Shown: piece after piece, positions 1 to 9,472 of the stretch | Layout: every line of letters starts with the position of its first letter | How positions within the stretch are numbered: position 1 is the first letter of the stretch | From: a virus | Virus record (IMG/VR): IMGVR_UViG_3300025645_000065 | Length of the DNA stretch: 64,000 bases | Reading direction: 5' to 3' (one strand) | The notes under the pieces: model-generated | Database searches by the model: none | What the model was told of the DNA's origin: nothing | Seen by the model: the letters and a program-made list of their open reading frames with translations, nothing else | Translations under genes and position numbers: made by a program

Positions 1-806
1 AGTACAAGGTTTCCTTGTTTGATTTTATCAGATACTCTATTACGTACTCCGCTTACTACTTGATCGACTAGAGCGGTTTCGTAATTAGGGGTGAAGCTTC
101 CGCTAATAATATTAAATCCGTTTCCGGTTATAAAGGAATCAACTCTACTAAAACCTCCTGCTCTTGGATGTATTGAGCTTGATGCTGTGAATAACTCGCC
201 TCCTAGTGCTGCTCTAAAGAATAGTCCGCTGCTTCCTTCTATTGAGTTAGAATCTTGAACGTAGTCTTTAAACTGTACTTCTGTTATTACTGTTGAAAAA
301 TATCTTAATTCCTGAACCGACCCAGTGAATGGTGTGTATGTCTGTCCTGAGATGTCTCTAGAGCTAGATCCTGGCATGTAGTTATCTGCGGATCTATTCC
401 AATCTAAAGAACCTGTAAAAGAAGCAGATGCTTGAAATCCTACTGTGTTTCCATCTACTCCGTCATATACTTTACTCCCTGCGTATAGGGTATAGTTGTA
501 TCCTCCGGATATAGTTTCCTGTGTCACCATTGTGGACCACCACTCTCCGTTTAAGAATGGAAGTTCTATACTTGCAGATAGTGCTAGCTCTTCATGTATG
601 AATTTTAAAGTGCCGTATACGCTGTCTGGGTTAATAATAGAGCCTGAGTATGATCCGCTAGTTGTAGCTACTGTATGTTCTAATACTGCGGCAAACTGGT
701 TAGTATCGGTTTTATCTATACTCACAAATAAGGATTGCGAGGCGGGTGTGCTTGTAGAAGCTACTGGTGATTTAAACCTAAATTGTATACTCTTTGCTTT
801 TGGCAT
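1..806 (-). CDS. Structural (tail-fibre-like) protein, 3' end truncated by the window edge. ATG at 804-806.
   Basis: Open minus-strand frame runs from the ATG at 806 to position 1. Ser/Gly/Thr-rich composition typical of fibre proteins. Lies immediately downstream of the tail-fibre gene. Confidence 0.4.
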   Translation of the reverse strand, partial: MPKAKSIQFRFKSPVASTSTPASQSLFVSIDKTDTNQFAAVLEHTVATTSGSYSGSIINPDSVYGTLKFIHEELALSASIELPFLNGEWWSTMVTQETISGGYNYTLYAGSKVYDGVDGNTVGFQASASFTGSLDWNRSADNYMPGSSSRDISGQTYTPFTGSVQELRYFSTVITEVQFKDYVQDSNSIEGSSGLFFRAALGGELFTASSSIHPRAGGFSRVDSFITGNGFNIISGSFTPNYETALVDQVVSGVRNRVSDKIKQGNLV

Positions 807-826
807 TTATTATAAATAGTTTAGTA

Positions 827-3157
827 CTACAATCCTCCTCTATCTACTATGTACCAATTGTATGTATTGGTTAGGATATCTCTTGCACCTTGGCTAGTTA
901 TGCTAGTATAGTTAGTATCTGCTGCGCTAAAGGATACGTTCTGCGGTATAGCTGGTGCGGTTGCCCATGCATTTAGTAGGGTATCGTAGTTAGTTCGGCT
1001 GAAGCTTGTACCGTCTAGCATCTTCCATGCAGTCTGTAGGTTGTCGATAGGTATGCTTGAAATATCTTGATTAAACGATGTTGCGTTGTAAAACATCTCG
1101 TCTGCGTTTTGCAGGGAGGTGAAAGTACTCCAGTTTAGGGATTGGTCGAAAGCAGAGGCAGAATAAAACATACCGGAAGCATCTGTAATGCCGGTTAAGT
1201 TCCAGGTGTTTAGGTTTATTCCGTCATTGTTGTATGATACTGCTTCTGCGAACATATTACTGGTATTTCCTACGGAAGTCATAATCCAGTTTCCTATGTT
1301 TTGATTAAAGTTTCTTGTGCTTGCAAAGGTGTTTGACATGTTAAGGATGCCGTCAGTATCCCAGGTGAGAAGTGGGCTATTGAAAGATGTAGCGTTAGCG
1401 AACATATAACTTATGTTATGTGCATTGCTTAGGTTAAATCCTTGTATATCTTGATTGAATGAGGTAGCGTTATTGAACATATATGAGAAATCAATACCTG
1501 CAGCTGTATCGAGGTCTATTGCAGAGTTAAAATCTGTAGCATCTTTAAACATACTGTTAAATGTAAGAACTTGCGAGGTGTTCCAGGATAGTGGTTGATT
1601 GAAGTTGGATGCTCCTTCAAACATGCTCTTTACAGTAGTTGCATTTATAAGATTCCAGTCAGTTAATGGACTGTTAAAATTTACAGCATCTTTAAAGGTG
1701 TTCTCGAACGATGTTACTGTAGTAGTTATTAGGTCTGATAAGGAGCCACTTAATAAGGTAGTTCCTCTGAACATATCTTTAAAGCTAGTAGTACTTACTG
1801 CGGGTCGCCCTGTTGCAGTTAATTTAAAATCCGGCCTATTAGTTCCTAGGTTATCTGCTCCGTAAAAGGAAGCGCTTGTAGATAGTTCTAAAACGCCCCA
1901 ATCGAAGATGTCTAATATACTAGAGGTGTATCCTGTATTATTGAAAGCAAAGCCTTTACATGTTCCGTTTATTGTAATGGTGTAGTTTCCGGAGGTCGAG
2001 TAGTTGTGAGTCTTTTCGGCATCATCCCAGGCGGTTATTGTATCTGTAGTACCGTCTCCCCAGTCCACTATCATGTTATACTCTCCGTCTGCTACGAGCG
2101 GCAGTGAGATTGGGCTATTTGCTATCCAGTAGCTAGTGAAGGGGTCTCCTTCCCACGGAGTACTTATATAACCTGATCCTGATGTCTCAAATGAATAGTT
2201 AAATTGATTATACCAGTAGTCCCAGGTGTTTAGGTTTTTATCCTTACCTCCGAATTCTGAGATTCTTAATACTGTATCTGGTATTCCGAAACAGTTTAGT
2301 AATACCCTTAGCCCTGAAGCTGTTCCTTTCTTTTTTAATAGGTACGGAAGGTTGTGGTATAATCTCTTATAAATTAGTTTCTGAGCGTCGTTGAAGGGTA
2401 TAGTTTCTGCAGATGAAGTTACATATGTAGTAATTACCTCACTCCCTGTTGAGGGTAGTGTTCCGCCTGCTTCTGTTATTCCTAATAAAGCGGTAAATAA
2501 ATCTCCGTCTGTGAAGCTGCTTTCATATAGATCGATTCCGTAGGATTTTAATGCATCTGCTACTAGGTCGGTTGATATGCCTCCGCTAAGGCTATTATCT
2601 GCATCTTGTCTATTCTTTAATGCATCAGTATAGAGCCAGATTTCATCAAACATTTGAGCAGTTAACTCGGTGAAGAGTTTGAACTGTGCGTTGTTTTCGT
2701 CGTCTACTATATAGGTTGGGAACGTACTGTATAGGTTGTTTCTGTTATCGTTATCATATAATGTAGCGGTGCCAGATTGTTCATCAAGCCAGTTTATTAC
2801 TGCTGAAGAGCTATAGGAGTATGGTATGTAAGGGGGTGTTGTATTTTGTTTCGGCCACGCTGCAGATCCACTTTCGTAATACAAGTAGTAGTCATATCCA
2901 TCAAAGTTTCGGATGATACTCGCAATCTCGTTCTCGTAGAATGCTTTGCTAGATGCTAGTTCTGTGGGTGGGGTATTTGTAAGTCCGTTTAGAGTATCTA
3001 CTGCATTGCTATAGGTTTCTAAAAGGGTTGCTTTATAATTAAAGTTTGTTAACCTCGTTTCAGCGGAGCTAAAGAATATAAAGTTTTCATAGTCTGTATA
3101 GTCTATATTTAACTCTGCTCTATTCTCTGCTAGTATGCTCTGCAATCTGTTAGTCAT
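827..3157 (-). CDS. Tail fibre / receptor-binding protein with DUF285-type (BspA/Mycoplasma-like) ~26-aa repeats
   Basis: 776 aa. Tandem motifs FNxATSFNQDI..WNTS.VT.M..MF repeat about 8 times. Sits in the baseplate/tail module. Confidence 0.55.
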   Translation of the reverse strand: MTNRLQSILAENRAELNIDYTDYENFIFFSSAETRLTNFNYKATLLETYSNAVDTLNGLTNTPPTELASSKAFYENEIASIIRNFDGYDYYLYYESGSAAWPKQNTTPPYIPYSYSSSAVINWLDEQSGTATLYDNDNRNNLYSTFPTYIVDDENNAQFKLFTELTAQMFDEIWLYTDALKNRQDADNSLSGGISTDLVADALKSYGIDLYESSFTDGDLFTALLGITEAGGTLPSTGSEVITTYVTSSAETIPFNDAQKLIYKRLYHNLPYLLKKKGTASGLRVLLNCFGIPDTVLRISEFGGKDKNLNTWDYWYNQFNYSFETSGSGYISTPWEGDPFTSYWIANSPISLPLVADGEYNMIVDWGDGTTDTITAWDDAEKTHNYSTSGNYTITINGTCKGFAFNNTGYTSSILDIFDWGVLELSTSASFYGADNLGTNRPDFKLTATGRPAVSTTSFKDMFRGTTLLSGSLSDLITTTVTSFENTFKDAVNFNSPLTDWNLINATTVKSMFEGASNFNQPLSWNTSQVLTFNSMFKDATDFNSAIDLDTAAGIDFSYMFNNATSFNQDIQGFNLSNAHNISYMFANATSFNSPLLTWDTDGILNMSNTFASTRNFNQNIGNWIMTSVGNTSNMFAEAVSYNNDGINLNTWNLTGITDASGMFYSASAFDQSLNWSTFTSLQNADEMFYNATSFNQDISSIPIDNLQTAWKMLDGTSFSRTNYDTLLNAWATAPAIPQNVSFSAADTNYTSITSQGARDILTNTYNWYIVDRGGL

Positions 3158-3231
3158 CCCTGCAGCAGAGGCTGTGGTTAATGTACTGAGTGTCTGATAT
3201 TCTGTTGTGGTATTCGTCTGAGTACCGGTCT

Positions 3232-4077
3232 TTAAGTTAAAGTTAGGTCCTCGTAGGATTTTTCCTCTAGGTAGCTGTACCTCTTCTGGCGGGTATATAA
3301 CACTGAAGGAGGTAGAGTCTGATATTTTCCCGACCAGGTTAAAGTTAGAACTTCGGCTGAAGGTATTAGGGAGAGGTTGGTATAGTTTAAGGAGTAGGTT
3401 TCCGTTCCTCTAGGTAGCTGTACCTCTTCTGGCGGGTATATAACACTGAAGGAGGTAGAGTCTGATATTTTCCCGACCAGGTTAAAGTTAGAACTTCGGC
3501 TGAAGGTATTAGGGAGAGGCTGGTATAGTTTAAGGAGTAGGTTTCCGTTTTCAAATCCTACATTAACAGCTAACTGTATTTGATTAGAGCCGAAATCTAA
3601 GTACATGCCTGAAAAGGCAATACTTGTGTTTAGAGTTGTGTTTAGCTGCTCGTAAACTCCTCGTAGTTGTACTGTGTTTAGGGTGCTGCTACTTACTCTA
3701 AGCTCTGTTCTATCGAGTGATATTTCAGATATAAGAAGAGTTGGATTTCCGGTTATTAGCCCGGTTATGAAGTTGTACTGTGTATTGTATCTTCCCTGTG
3801 TATATCCGTTCCCTAAGAGGTCTTTCCCGGGATCTATACTTATAGAAGTTATACCGGATACAGGATTGGTAGTTACTACATTATAAGATGTAGTAAGTCT
3901 TGATATAAACGTATTGTTAAGGTCGTATAGGTACGCTTGTATTATATCGGTAGCGGGATTAAAAGTTCCTCCAACTTCAAAGCTAGTTACATTTGCTCCG
4001 TCTGTAGGAAGTAATGTACTTGTCGTTGTAGTTTCTAACGTATCTACGCCTAGTGCTGTTACTATTGGTTCTGCCAT
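3232..4077 (-). CDS. Tail-fibre N-terminal segment. Its 3' end is frameshifted by a 143-bp tandem duplication.
   Basis: 281 aa. The second repeat copy is read in the +2 frame and gives a stop at 3232. With a single copy the frame reads straight through into the 827..3157 ORF. Confidence 0.5.
   Translation of the reverse strand: MAEPIVTALGVDTLETTTTSTLLPTDGANVTSFEVGGTFNPATDIIQAYLYDLNNTFISRLTTSYNVVTTNPVSGITSISIDPGKDLLGNGYTQGRYNTQYNFITGLITGNPTLLISEISLDRTELRVSSSTLNTVQLRGVYEQLNTTLNTSIAFSGMYLDFGSNQIQLAVNVGFENGNLLLKLYQPLPNTFSRSSNFNLVGKISDSTSFSVIYPPEEVQLPRGTETYSLNYTNLSLIPSAEVLTLTWSGKYQTLPPSVLYTRQKRYSYLEEKSYEDLTLT
3264..3549. repeat. Tandem direct duplication, 2 x 143 bp (3264-3406 and 3407-3549), 1 mismatch
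   Basis: Direct sequence comparison. The only difference is ggttgg versus ggctgg. Confidence 0.9.
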
Positions 4078-4448
4078 TATACTATACTGTTTGCTAATCG
4101 TGTCGTTGTATTAGCTAATTCTATCACCTGTGCTTGGAGTGTCAAATTTTCTTCCCGTAATTGAGTTATTTCCGCTGTCAGTGCTTGTACTTCTGCACTT
4201 ACATCTTCTCCTCCTGCATACTCTCCGCTCTTATTCGCCAAGTACTGGTGTGAGTTTATTTCTCCATTTTTAGGTATCTCTAAAAATAACCTATCATAAG
4301 CAGTGAAGAATCCAGGTACATCTATAGTATCAGAAGCAGCTTCTACGGTTGCGGGGGTTGTTCCGAATTGAGTGAATTGAGTATTTACAGCTCTCTCAAA
4401 TTGTTCTTTATTATAGTTTACAACTTGTATATTAATGTTCTCACTCAT
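4077..4448 (-). CDS. Coiled-coil structural/assembly protein
   Basis: 123 aa with a heptad-like C-terminus (AEVQALTAEITQLREENLTLQAQVIEL). Confidence 0.35.
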   Translation of the reverse strand: MSENINIQVVNYNKEQFERAVNTQFTQFGTTPATVEAASDTIDVPGFFTAYDRLFLEIPKNGEINSHQYLANKSGEYAGGEDVSAEVQALTAEITQLREENLTLQAQVIELANTTTRLANSIV

Positions 4449-5565
4449 TACTTATCTTAAATTCATCTATTTCTGTTATAAGTACAGTCTCTCCGATAAC
4501 CGTCTTGAGTTCAATCTTATAATACCTTTCAGGTTGTAGTCCGTTTAAGTATAGGTCGAAGTAACTTCCAGTAGGGTCGCAGCTTATCTTAGTATAGGTA
4601 GAATTATAAGCAATAACAACTTCATTTGTAAATACATCCTTTATGCTGTAGAATGATTCTGAAGGGAGTGCGTTATTTATCGTGTATAGAGATCCGGTTT
4701 GGTATATTCTTGTGGGGTATGTAGGTCTGGAGTTGATTCTAAATCTATTAACGCTCTCGTTGTAGAATACTCCGGGATTATTTTTAACGCTAAAGGTAGC
4801 AGGGACTGTATCTAATACGTTTAAGCTTCCGGTATTGTAAACATAATCGTCCCACATAAACTCTATCTGTGGCGGGTATATTGTGTGAGTATCTCTTGAG
4901 AAGTACTTTAAAGTAGTTTGCTCATGTATATTTTCTACAAACTCTTGTGAGGAAGACTGTCTTACTATTACTCCGTAATTTTCAAATGCTGAGGATGACC
5001 AATTAGTTACTATGTTGGTTATGTCTGCAGTTATATCTGGATCTGTGTAGTAGTTAAATGTAAAGCTGGCTTCTGATCCTGTGTACCATGTACCTCCTCC
5101 TTGTGAGTTGCTATTAGTTGCTAAGTTGTAAGATCCGGTAGTGCCGGTTGCGTAGTTTGATGTTGTCCATAAAGTACCTCCTTCATATGTCCTATATGCC
5201 CAGGATGCTCCGTTTTGAGATTCCGGTAAGTCTAAGAATCTTCCAGTACCCATATTCCAGCTTTCTGCAATAGCGTTAACTTTTACAACGCTTGTACTAG
5301 AGAGACCAGTTACGTTTGCGGTAAAGCATTTTAAATCTGCTCGCCAGGTATTGTTCTGTATCTTATCCTCGAATAGAGAGGTAATTTCTGCTTGATCAAA
5401 CTGTAGTAGAAATCTAGAAGCTTGTGGGGTTCCTCCTTCTATTGCAGGGTTGCTAATCTTATAGTTGGTTGTTGCTTCGAGTATTTCATCTAACCCGGTA
5501 TTAGCGTTTACATACCCTGAGTAGAGAGTTGTGTCTGCAGTTGGAAAGAGTTTATAAATTGCCAT
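4441..5565 (-). CDS. Hypothetical virion structural protein
   Basis: 374 aa ORF inside the baseplate/tail-fibre module. Confidence 0.35.
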   Translation of the reverse strand: MAIYKLFPTADTTLYSGYVNANTGLDEILEATTNYKISNPAIEGGTPQASRFLLQFDQAEITSLFEDKIQNNTWRADLKCFTANVTGLSSTSVVKVNAIAESWNMGTGRFLDLPESQNGASWAYRTYEGGTLWTTSNYATGTTGSYNLATNSNSQGGGTWYTGSEASFTFNYYTDPDITADITNIVTNWSSSAFENYGVIVRQSSSQEFVENIHEQTTLKYFSRDTHTIYPPQIEFMWDDYVYNTGSLNVLDTVPATFSVKNNPGVFYNESVNRFRINSRPTYPTRIYQTGSLYTINNALPSESFYSIKDVFTNEVVIAYNSTYTKISCDPTGSYFDLYLNGLQPERYYKIELKTVIGETVLITEIDEFKISNE

Positions 5566-5604
5566 TTAGTATAAATATAAGGAGATCTCAATCTTATACT
5601 ATTC

Positions 5605-7464
5605 TTATAGTGATACTACTCGTCCTCTAATATCTGTGTTTGGGTATTTGACTTCGAATACGCATGGATCTAGTGAGGGGTATATTATATTATCTCTCGT
5701 AGCTCCTGTAATGTCATAAGCGTATTCAGAGTAGCCTAACGATATTCCGGATTTGTTTGTAATCTGTATATCTTTAACGGTCTGTACTCCGTTTATTTTA
5801 TCTAGGTTTATATACAACTCTTTTAACAGTATAGGTTGATTGAATGTTCTGTTATCTATATTAAAGTAGGATTGTAATTCTACTATACATCTACTTATAA
5901 CTTCGTTACTGTTAAAATTAGGAAGCGTGATGATTTCGAAATCTATTCCTATGTTAATAATAAAGCCGTCTTTAATACTAACGGTATCCCCTATTATCCT
6001 GTACTCAGAAAGGTATGTGCTTAAGTTCTTCTTTACTGTAGAGGATACTGTGTTTAAATTTTTAATTCGGTCAAACCCTAAAATATACAATGTTAGAGTT
6101 GCGGGTAATTCTCCCGGTAAGGTGTTCTCACTTGCTTTAGTAGGCTCTACGTAGGCTTTGGCTATTGACCCGTAATCAGAAGGCATTGATAGTGCTCTGA
6201 TCATATAATCTTTAGTTGTTACGTTTCTTAATTGTGATTGGAATCCTACTAAAGTGTTCTGTCTAATCTCTTCTACAGTATCTCCATCACCGCCGCCAGA
6301 TGCTGCGGATGGGTTAGTTATTGCTAAAGTATTGAAGATGTAATTAGAAGTAGTTGCGTTAAGGTTACTATTTTGAAAGTTAGCATTTCCTGTAGATACT
6401 ACTGTGGTGATTGTTTCCGCATCTACGTTTGCTGCTACTCCTCCGCCGGTAAGGTACCTGACTGTTAATGTTGTGTTAGCGGGTGCTATACCGTATGTAT
6501 CCGTCTGTAGGAAGTTGGTAGGATCAAATGCAGTGTACAGTTTTATTTGCTCGAAAGGTAATCCTAATCCTACGTTATTACTATTAGGTATAATACTCTC
6601 ATCTACATCTCCAGTAGTGCCTGATCCGAACTGTATCTCTAAGGTGTTGTTTGCTCTAAATCTTGTTACAAATCTTCTGCTTACTTTTTCTAGCTTAAGT
6701 AGATATGGCGCGTCTGCATCTGCAAAAGTGTTTGGGTTATCTACGTTGGTATTTTTTAATGACTTATAGATCAACTCTTGACCTAGGTATGGAACTTCGT
6801 ACCATGTATTTCCGTCGGAGTCTATTATATCTAGTACTTTGATTATGTTTGTATCTGATATAGAGACTGTTGAGAAGGCTTCGGGGGTATTGAAGGTGAA
6901 GGCTGTGGTTTGTATAGTAGAAGAGATTGCTTGACGTGTCTTTTTAAGCAGGTAGTATTGCGGATCCCCTCCACTGGTTTGATATATTGTTACTTCTGTA
7001 GGGTCATAAGAGCTTGAGACTGTAAAGTCTACTGAGTCTTGTACTAGGAAGTTGATCCCCTGTGCGTCTGTCTTTACTACTGTATTTTCTGAAATGAAGA
7101 GAGCGTAGTTGAAATCCGGTACGTATGTGCTTCCTTCTAGTTTTGAAGGTAGTTGTTGGTACATATCTATACCTACAGTTGAGGTCTTTGTTACTTTAGG
7201 TCTATATCCTAACATATAAGCTAGGTTATAAATACTTTCCGTCTGTCTTGCATGTTGTACGAAGGTCTCTTGTATTTGATTATCTAAATAGAAAGAGAGT
7301 ACGTCTCCAACGTAAGCAGACATTTCTAATACCATCATCCCTGGGGAGGCTGGTGAGAAGTCATTATAGGTGTCCGGGTAGTATGTCTTTGTAAAGTCTA
7401 CTAGGAGGTCCTTAAGTCCTGTGAAATCCCTATTAAAGTATTTTATGTCTTTTGTGTTAGCCAT
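5605..7464 (-). CDS. Baseplate wedge protein (Baseplate_J / gp6-like, tentative)
   Basis: 619 aa. Directly upstream of the gp25-like gene, with size and position matching the usual baseplate gene order. Confidence 0.4.
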   Translation of the reverse strand: MANTKDIKYFNRDFTGLKDLLVDFTKTYYPDTYNDFSPASPGMMVLEMSAYVGDVLSFYLDNQIQETFVQHARQTESIYNLAYMLGYRPKVTKTSTVGIDMYQQLPSKLEGSTYVPDFNYALFISENTVVKTDAQGINFLVQDSVDFTVSSSYDPTEVTIYQTSGGDPQYYLLKKTRQAISSTIQTTAFTFNTPEAFSTVSISDTNIIKVLDIIDSDGNTWYEVPYLGQELIYKSLKNTNVDNPNTFADADAPYLLKLEKVSRRFVTRFRANNTLEIQFGSGTTGDVDESIIPNSNNVGLGLPFEQIKLYTAFDPTNFLQTDTYGIAPANTTLTVRYLTGGGVAANVDAETITTVVSTGNANFQNSNLNATTSNYIFNTLAITNPSAASGGGDGDTVEEIRQNTLVGFQSQLRNVTTKDYMIRALSMPSDYGSIAKAYVEPTKASENTLPGELPATLTLYILGFDRIKNLNTVSSTVKKNLSTYLSEYRIIGDTVSIKDGFIINIGIDFEIITLPNFNSNEVISRCIVELQSYFNIDNRTFNQPILLKELYINLDKINGVQTVKDIQITNKSGISLGYSEYAYDITGATRDNIIYPSLDPCVFEVKYPNTDIRGRVVSL

Positions 7465-7867
7465 TAGTTAGGTTTAGTTGTATTGTATCGGTTACTCCTG
7501 TATTAGTAATTGTATAGTTAATTACAGTAAATAGTGAATTATTATCTTGATCTGCTCGTAACTCTACGGTTGCTTGTATACTTGGAAAGTATCTTGCTAT
7601 CTCTACTTCTATATACTCTTGGATACCGTCGATATTGTTCTGGCTCATTTGTTCAAATATAAAAGTCTGCAACCCGGCTCCGAATCCAGGGTGAAAAGGT
7701 CTTTCGCGTGGACTGGTTAATAGAAGGTTAATTAGGTTATTTCTAATAGCATCTTTAGTAGTGTAAGTAGCTTTAAACACGGCGGGGCCGTTAAAAGGGA
7801 TACTAACACCTACAGCTTTACTTGGTATTCTATCTATCGGGGCTATATTGATTGCGTTAATAGCCAT
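7457..7867 (-). CDS. Baseplate wedge subunit, GPW/gp25-like
   Basis: 136 aa. Motif LLTSPRERPFHPGFGAGL matches the gp25 family signature (ERxxxPxFGxxL). Confidence 0.55.
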   Translation of the reverse strand: MAINAINIAPIDRIPSKAVGVSIPFNGPAVFKATYTTKDAIRNNLINLLLTSPRERPFHPGFGAGLQTFIFEQMSQNNIDGIQEYIEVEIARYFPSIQATVELRADQDNNSLFTVINYTITNTGVTDTIQLNLTNG

Positions 7868-8250
7868 TAGCTTTTCTTAATGAATCCCATAATTTGATCC
7901 ATATTTACTTCTCCTGGAGGCAGTGCTGAGCCTTGTGCTGCAGTGTTTGCGGAAGGGGGAGGGGTATATCCTGGTGCTGCGTTAAAGTTTTGAGCATGAC
8001 TTGAGTTCATTGAAATGCCTCCCATATCTCCTAAAACACTCATCATGTTTTCTCTTAACTTCATTTTATCTTCTCCTGAAATAGGATTCATTGGGGATGG
8101 AGCTCCTACATTGCCTGTTATTTGGCGATGTTCTGCAACTACCTGGTGTTTTGGAGCGCGTACTGCTTCCAAAAGAATATCTTTCATTTCTTCTTGAATT
8201 GCTTCTTTAACTGCTTCTTTAATTAGTTTTTGTAATTCCGATGGTTTCAT
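7867..8250 (-). CDS. Hypothetical protein
   Basis: 127 aa ORF whose stop overlaps the start of the next gene. Confidence 0.3.
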   Translation of the reverse strand: MKPSELQKLIKEAVKEAIQEEMKDILLEAVRAPKHQVVAEHRQITGNVGAPSPMNPISGEDKMKLRENMMSVLGDMGGISMNSSHAQNFNAAPGYTPPPSANTAAQGSALPPGEVNMDQIMGFIKKS

Positions 8251-8266
8251 CTTTAATAAATATTTG

Positions 8267-9466
8267 TTAATATGCTTTTAGGTTATCTCTATCTATAATC
8301 AACTTAAGCTCTTCTATTAATACTTTTGGATTATCTGTAAAAGAGGGTTGCGATTCTAATGCCACTATTCCTTCTGTATTTAATGCTTGAGCTACGTTAC
8401 GTTGTATTCTAGGATCACTTGGTAATGGTCTCTGTATGATCTGGAATGTAAATCCTTGGTAGGATTGTTGCGTGTTACTTTCTATTCTCACCTGGTTTTC
8501 AGAGATAAACTTCATAGTCTCGGAACCTAAAGGTTTAACTTCCTTACCGCAGCGTTTTAGTAATTCCATAAAAATCTTCAATAGTACTACTATTTGATTT
8601 ACTATCGCTGCTGCTATGGCTGTGAAGAATGCTCCGGTTTGTACCTGTATTTTGGTTTCTTTTAGTCTTGGAGAGCCGTCTGCTTTAAAGGTAGATTGTG
8701 AAATAAACTCTTGTAGGTCTGTAAGTATGCTAGTTAACGGTCCGGGAGTTAAAGGTAGTGCTTTTACTGCTTGGTTAAACGCTATCTTCGCTATACTTAA
8801 CGCCTCTTTTACTGTGATTGCTCCTTCAAGTAGATTTGCTACAGTGTTCAGTGAGATGCTGGTTATGTTTAAGATTAATGTTGTATTCTCTAAGACATCT
8901 AGTAAAGCATTTAACTTCTTTAAAAGTTTATCTAAGTCTTTGTCTACTGGACAGTAGGGAGGTCTTTTACCCTGTAGAAATTTTAATGTTAACTCTTGAG
9001 CTAATTGCTTGGCTTGTTCTTCAAGAATAGAACTAATTCTTATCTGGTCTAGGAATTGTTCTTGTATCTTACCACTTACTAGATCTAATTCTGAGATTTT
9101 AACTTCTATAGGAGTGAGACTTAGTTTCGTACTCTTTATACCAGCTTCAGGGGGGAGTTCCGGTATGTTTAACTCTTGGATAGGTACAGAAGGAGGAGGG
9201 AGTGTAATAGAAGGCTCACCGTCCTCTAATCCTGTTATTCCGAAAGAGGTTGCGAGTTCTGTCAACTCTCCTGTGACTAAATCTTGGAGCTTACTTATCT
9301 GTTGAAGTATTAGTTGATTAGCTTTGTCTGCACCTGCTAATCCTCCAGCAGGGGCGATGAGTGAGAATCCCTCCTGTATTAGTGTTTTTATCTTAGCGCT
9401 AAGTATGCTTTTCTTTACTTTAGCTTTAGCTGCATTCCGTGTGTTTTGTATCTCTTGCTGTGTCAT
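8267..9466 (-). CDS. Hypothetical baseplate-associated protein
   Basis: 399 aa ORF in the structural module. Confidence 0.3.
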   Translation of the reverse strand: MTQQEIQNTRNAAKAKVKKSILSAKIKTLIQEGFSLIAPAGGLAGADKANQLILQQISKLQDLVTGELTELATSFGITGLEDGEPSITLPPPSVPIQELNIPELPPEAGIKSTKLSLTPIEVKISELDLVSGKIQEQFLDQIRISSILEEQAKQLAQELTLKFLQGKRPPYCPVDKDLDKLLKKLNALLDVLENTTLILNITSISLNTVANLLEGAITVKEALSIAKIAFNQAVKALPLTPGPLTSILTDLQEFISQSTFKADGSPRLKETKIQVQTGAFFTAIAAAIVNQIVVLLKIFMELLKRCGKEVKPLGSETMKFISENQVRIESNTQQSYQGFTFQIIQRPLPSDPRIQRNVAQALNTEGIVALESQPSFTDNPKVLIEELKLIIDRDNLKAY

Positions 9467-9472
9467 GGTGAG

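Noticed and set aside
496-819. Plus-strand ORFs in the supplied track, for example 496..819, 1599..1865, 8616..8957, 51147..51569 and 60442..60903
   Set aside because: Each lies entirely antisense within, or overlaps, a longer minus-strand gene that has a recognisable product or operon context. They are shadow ORFs.
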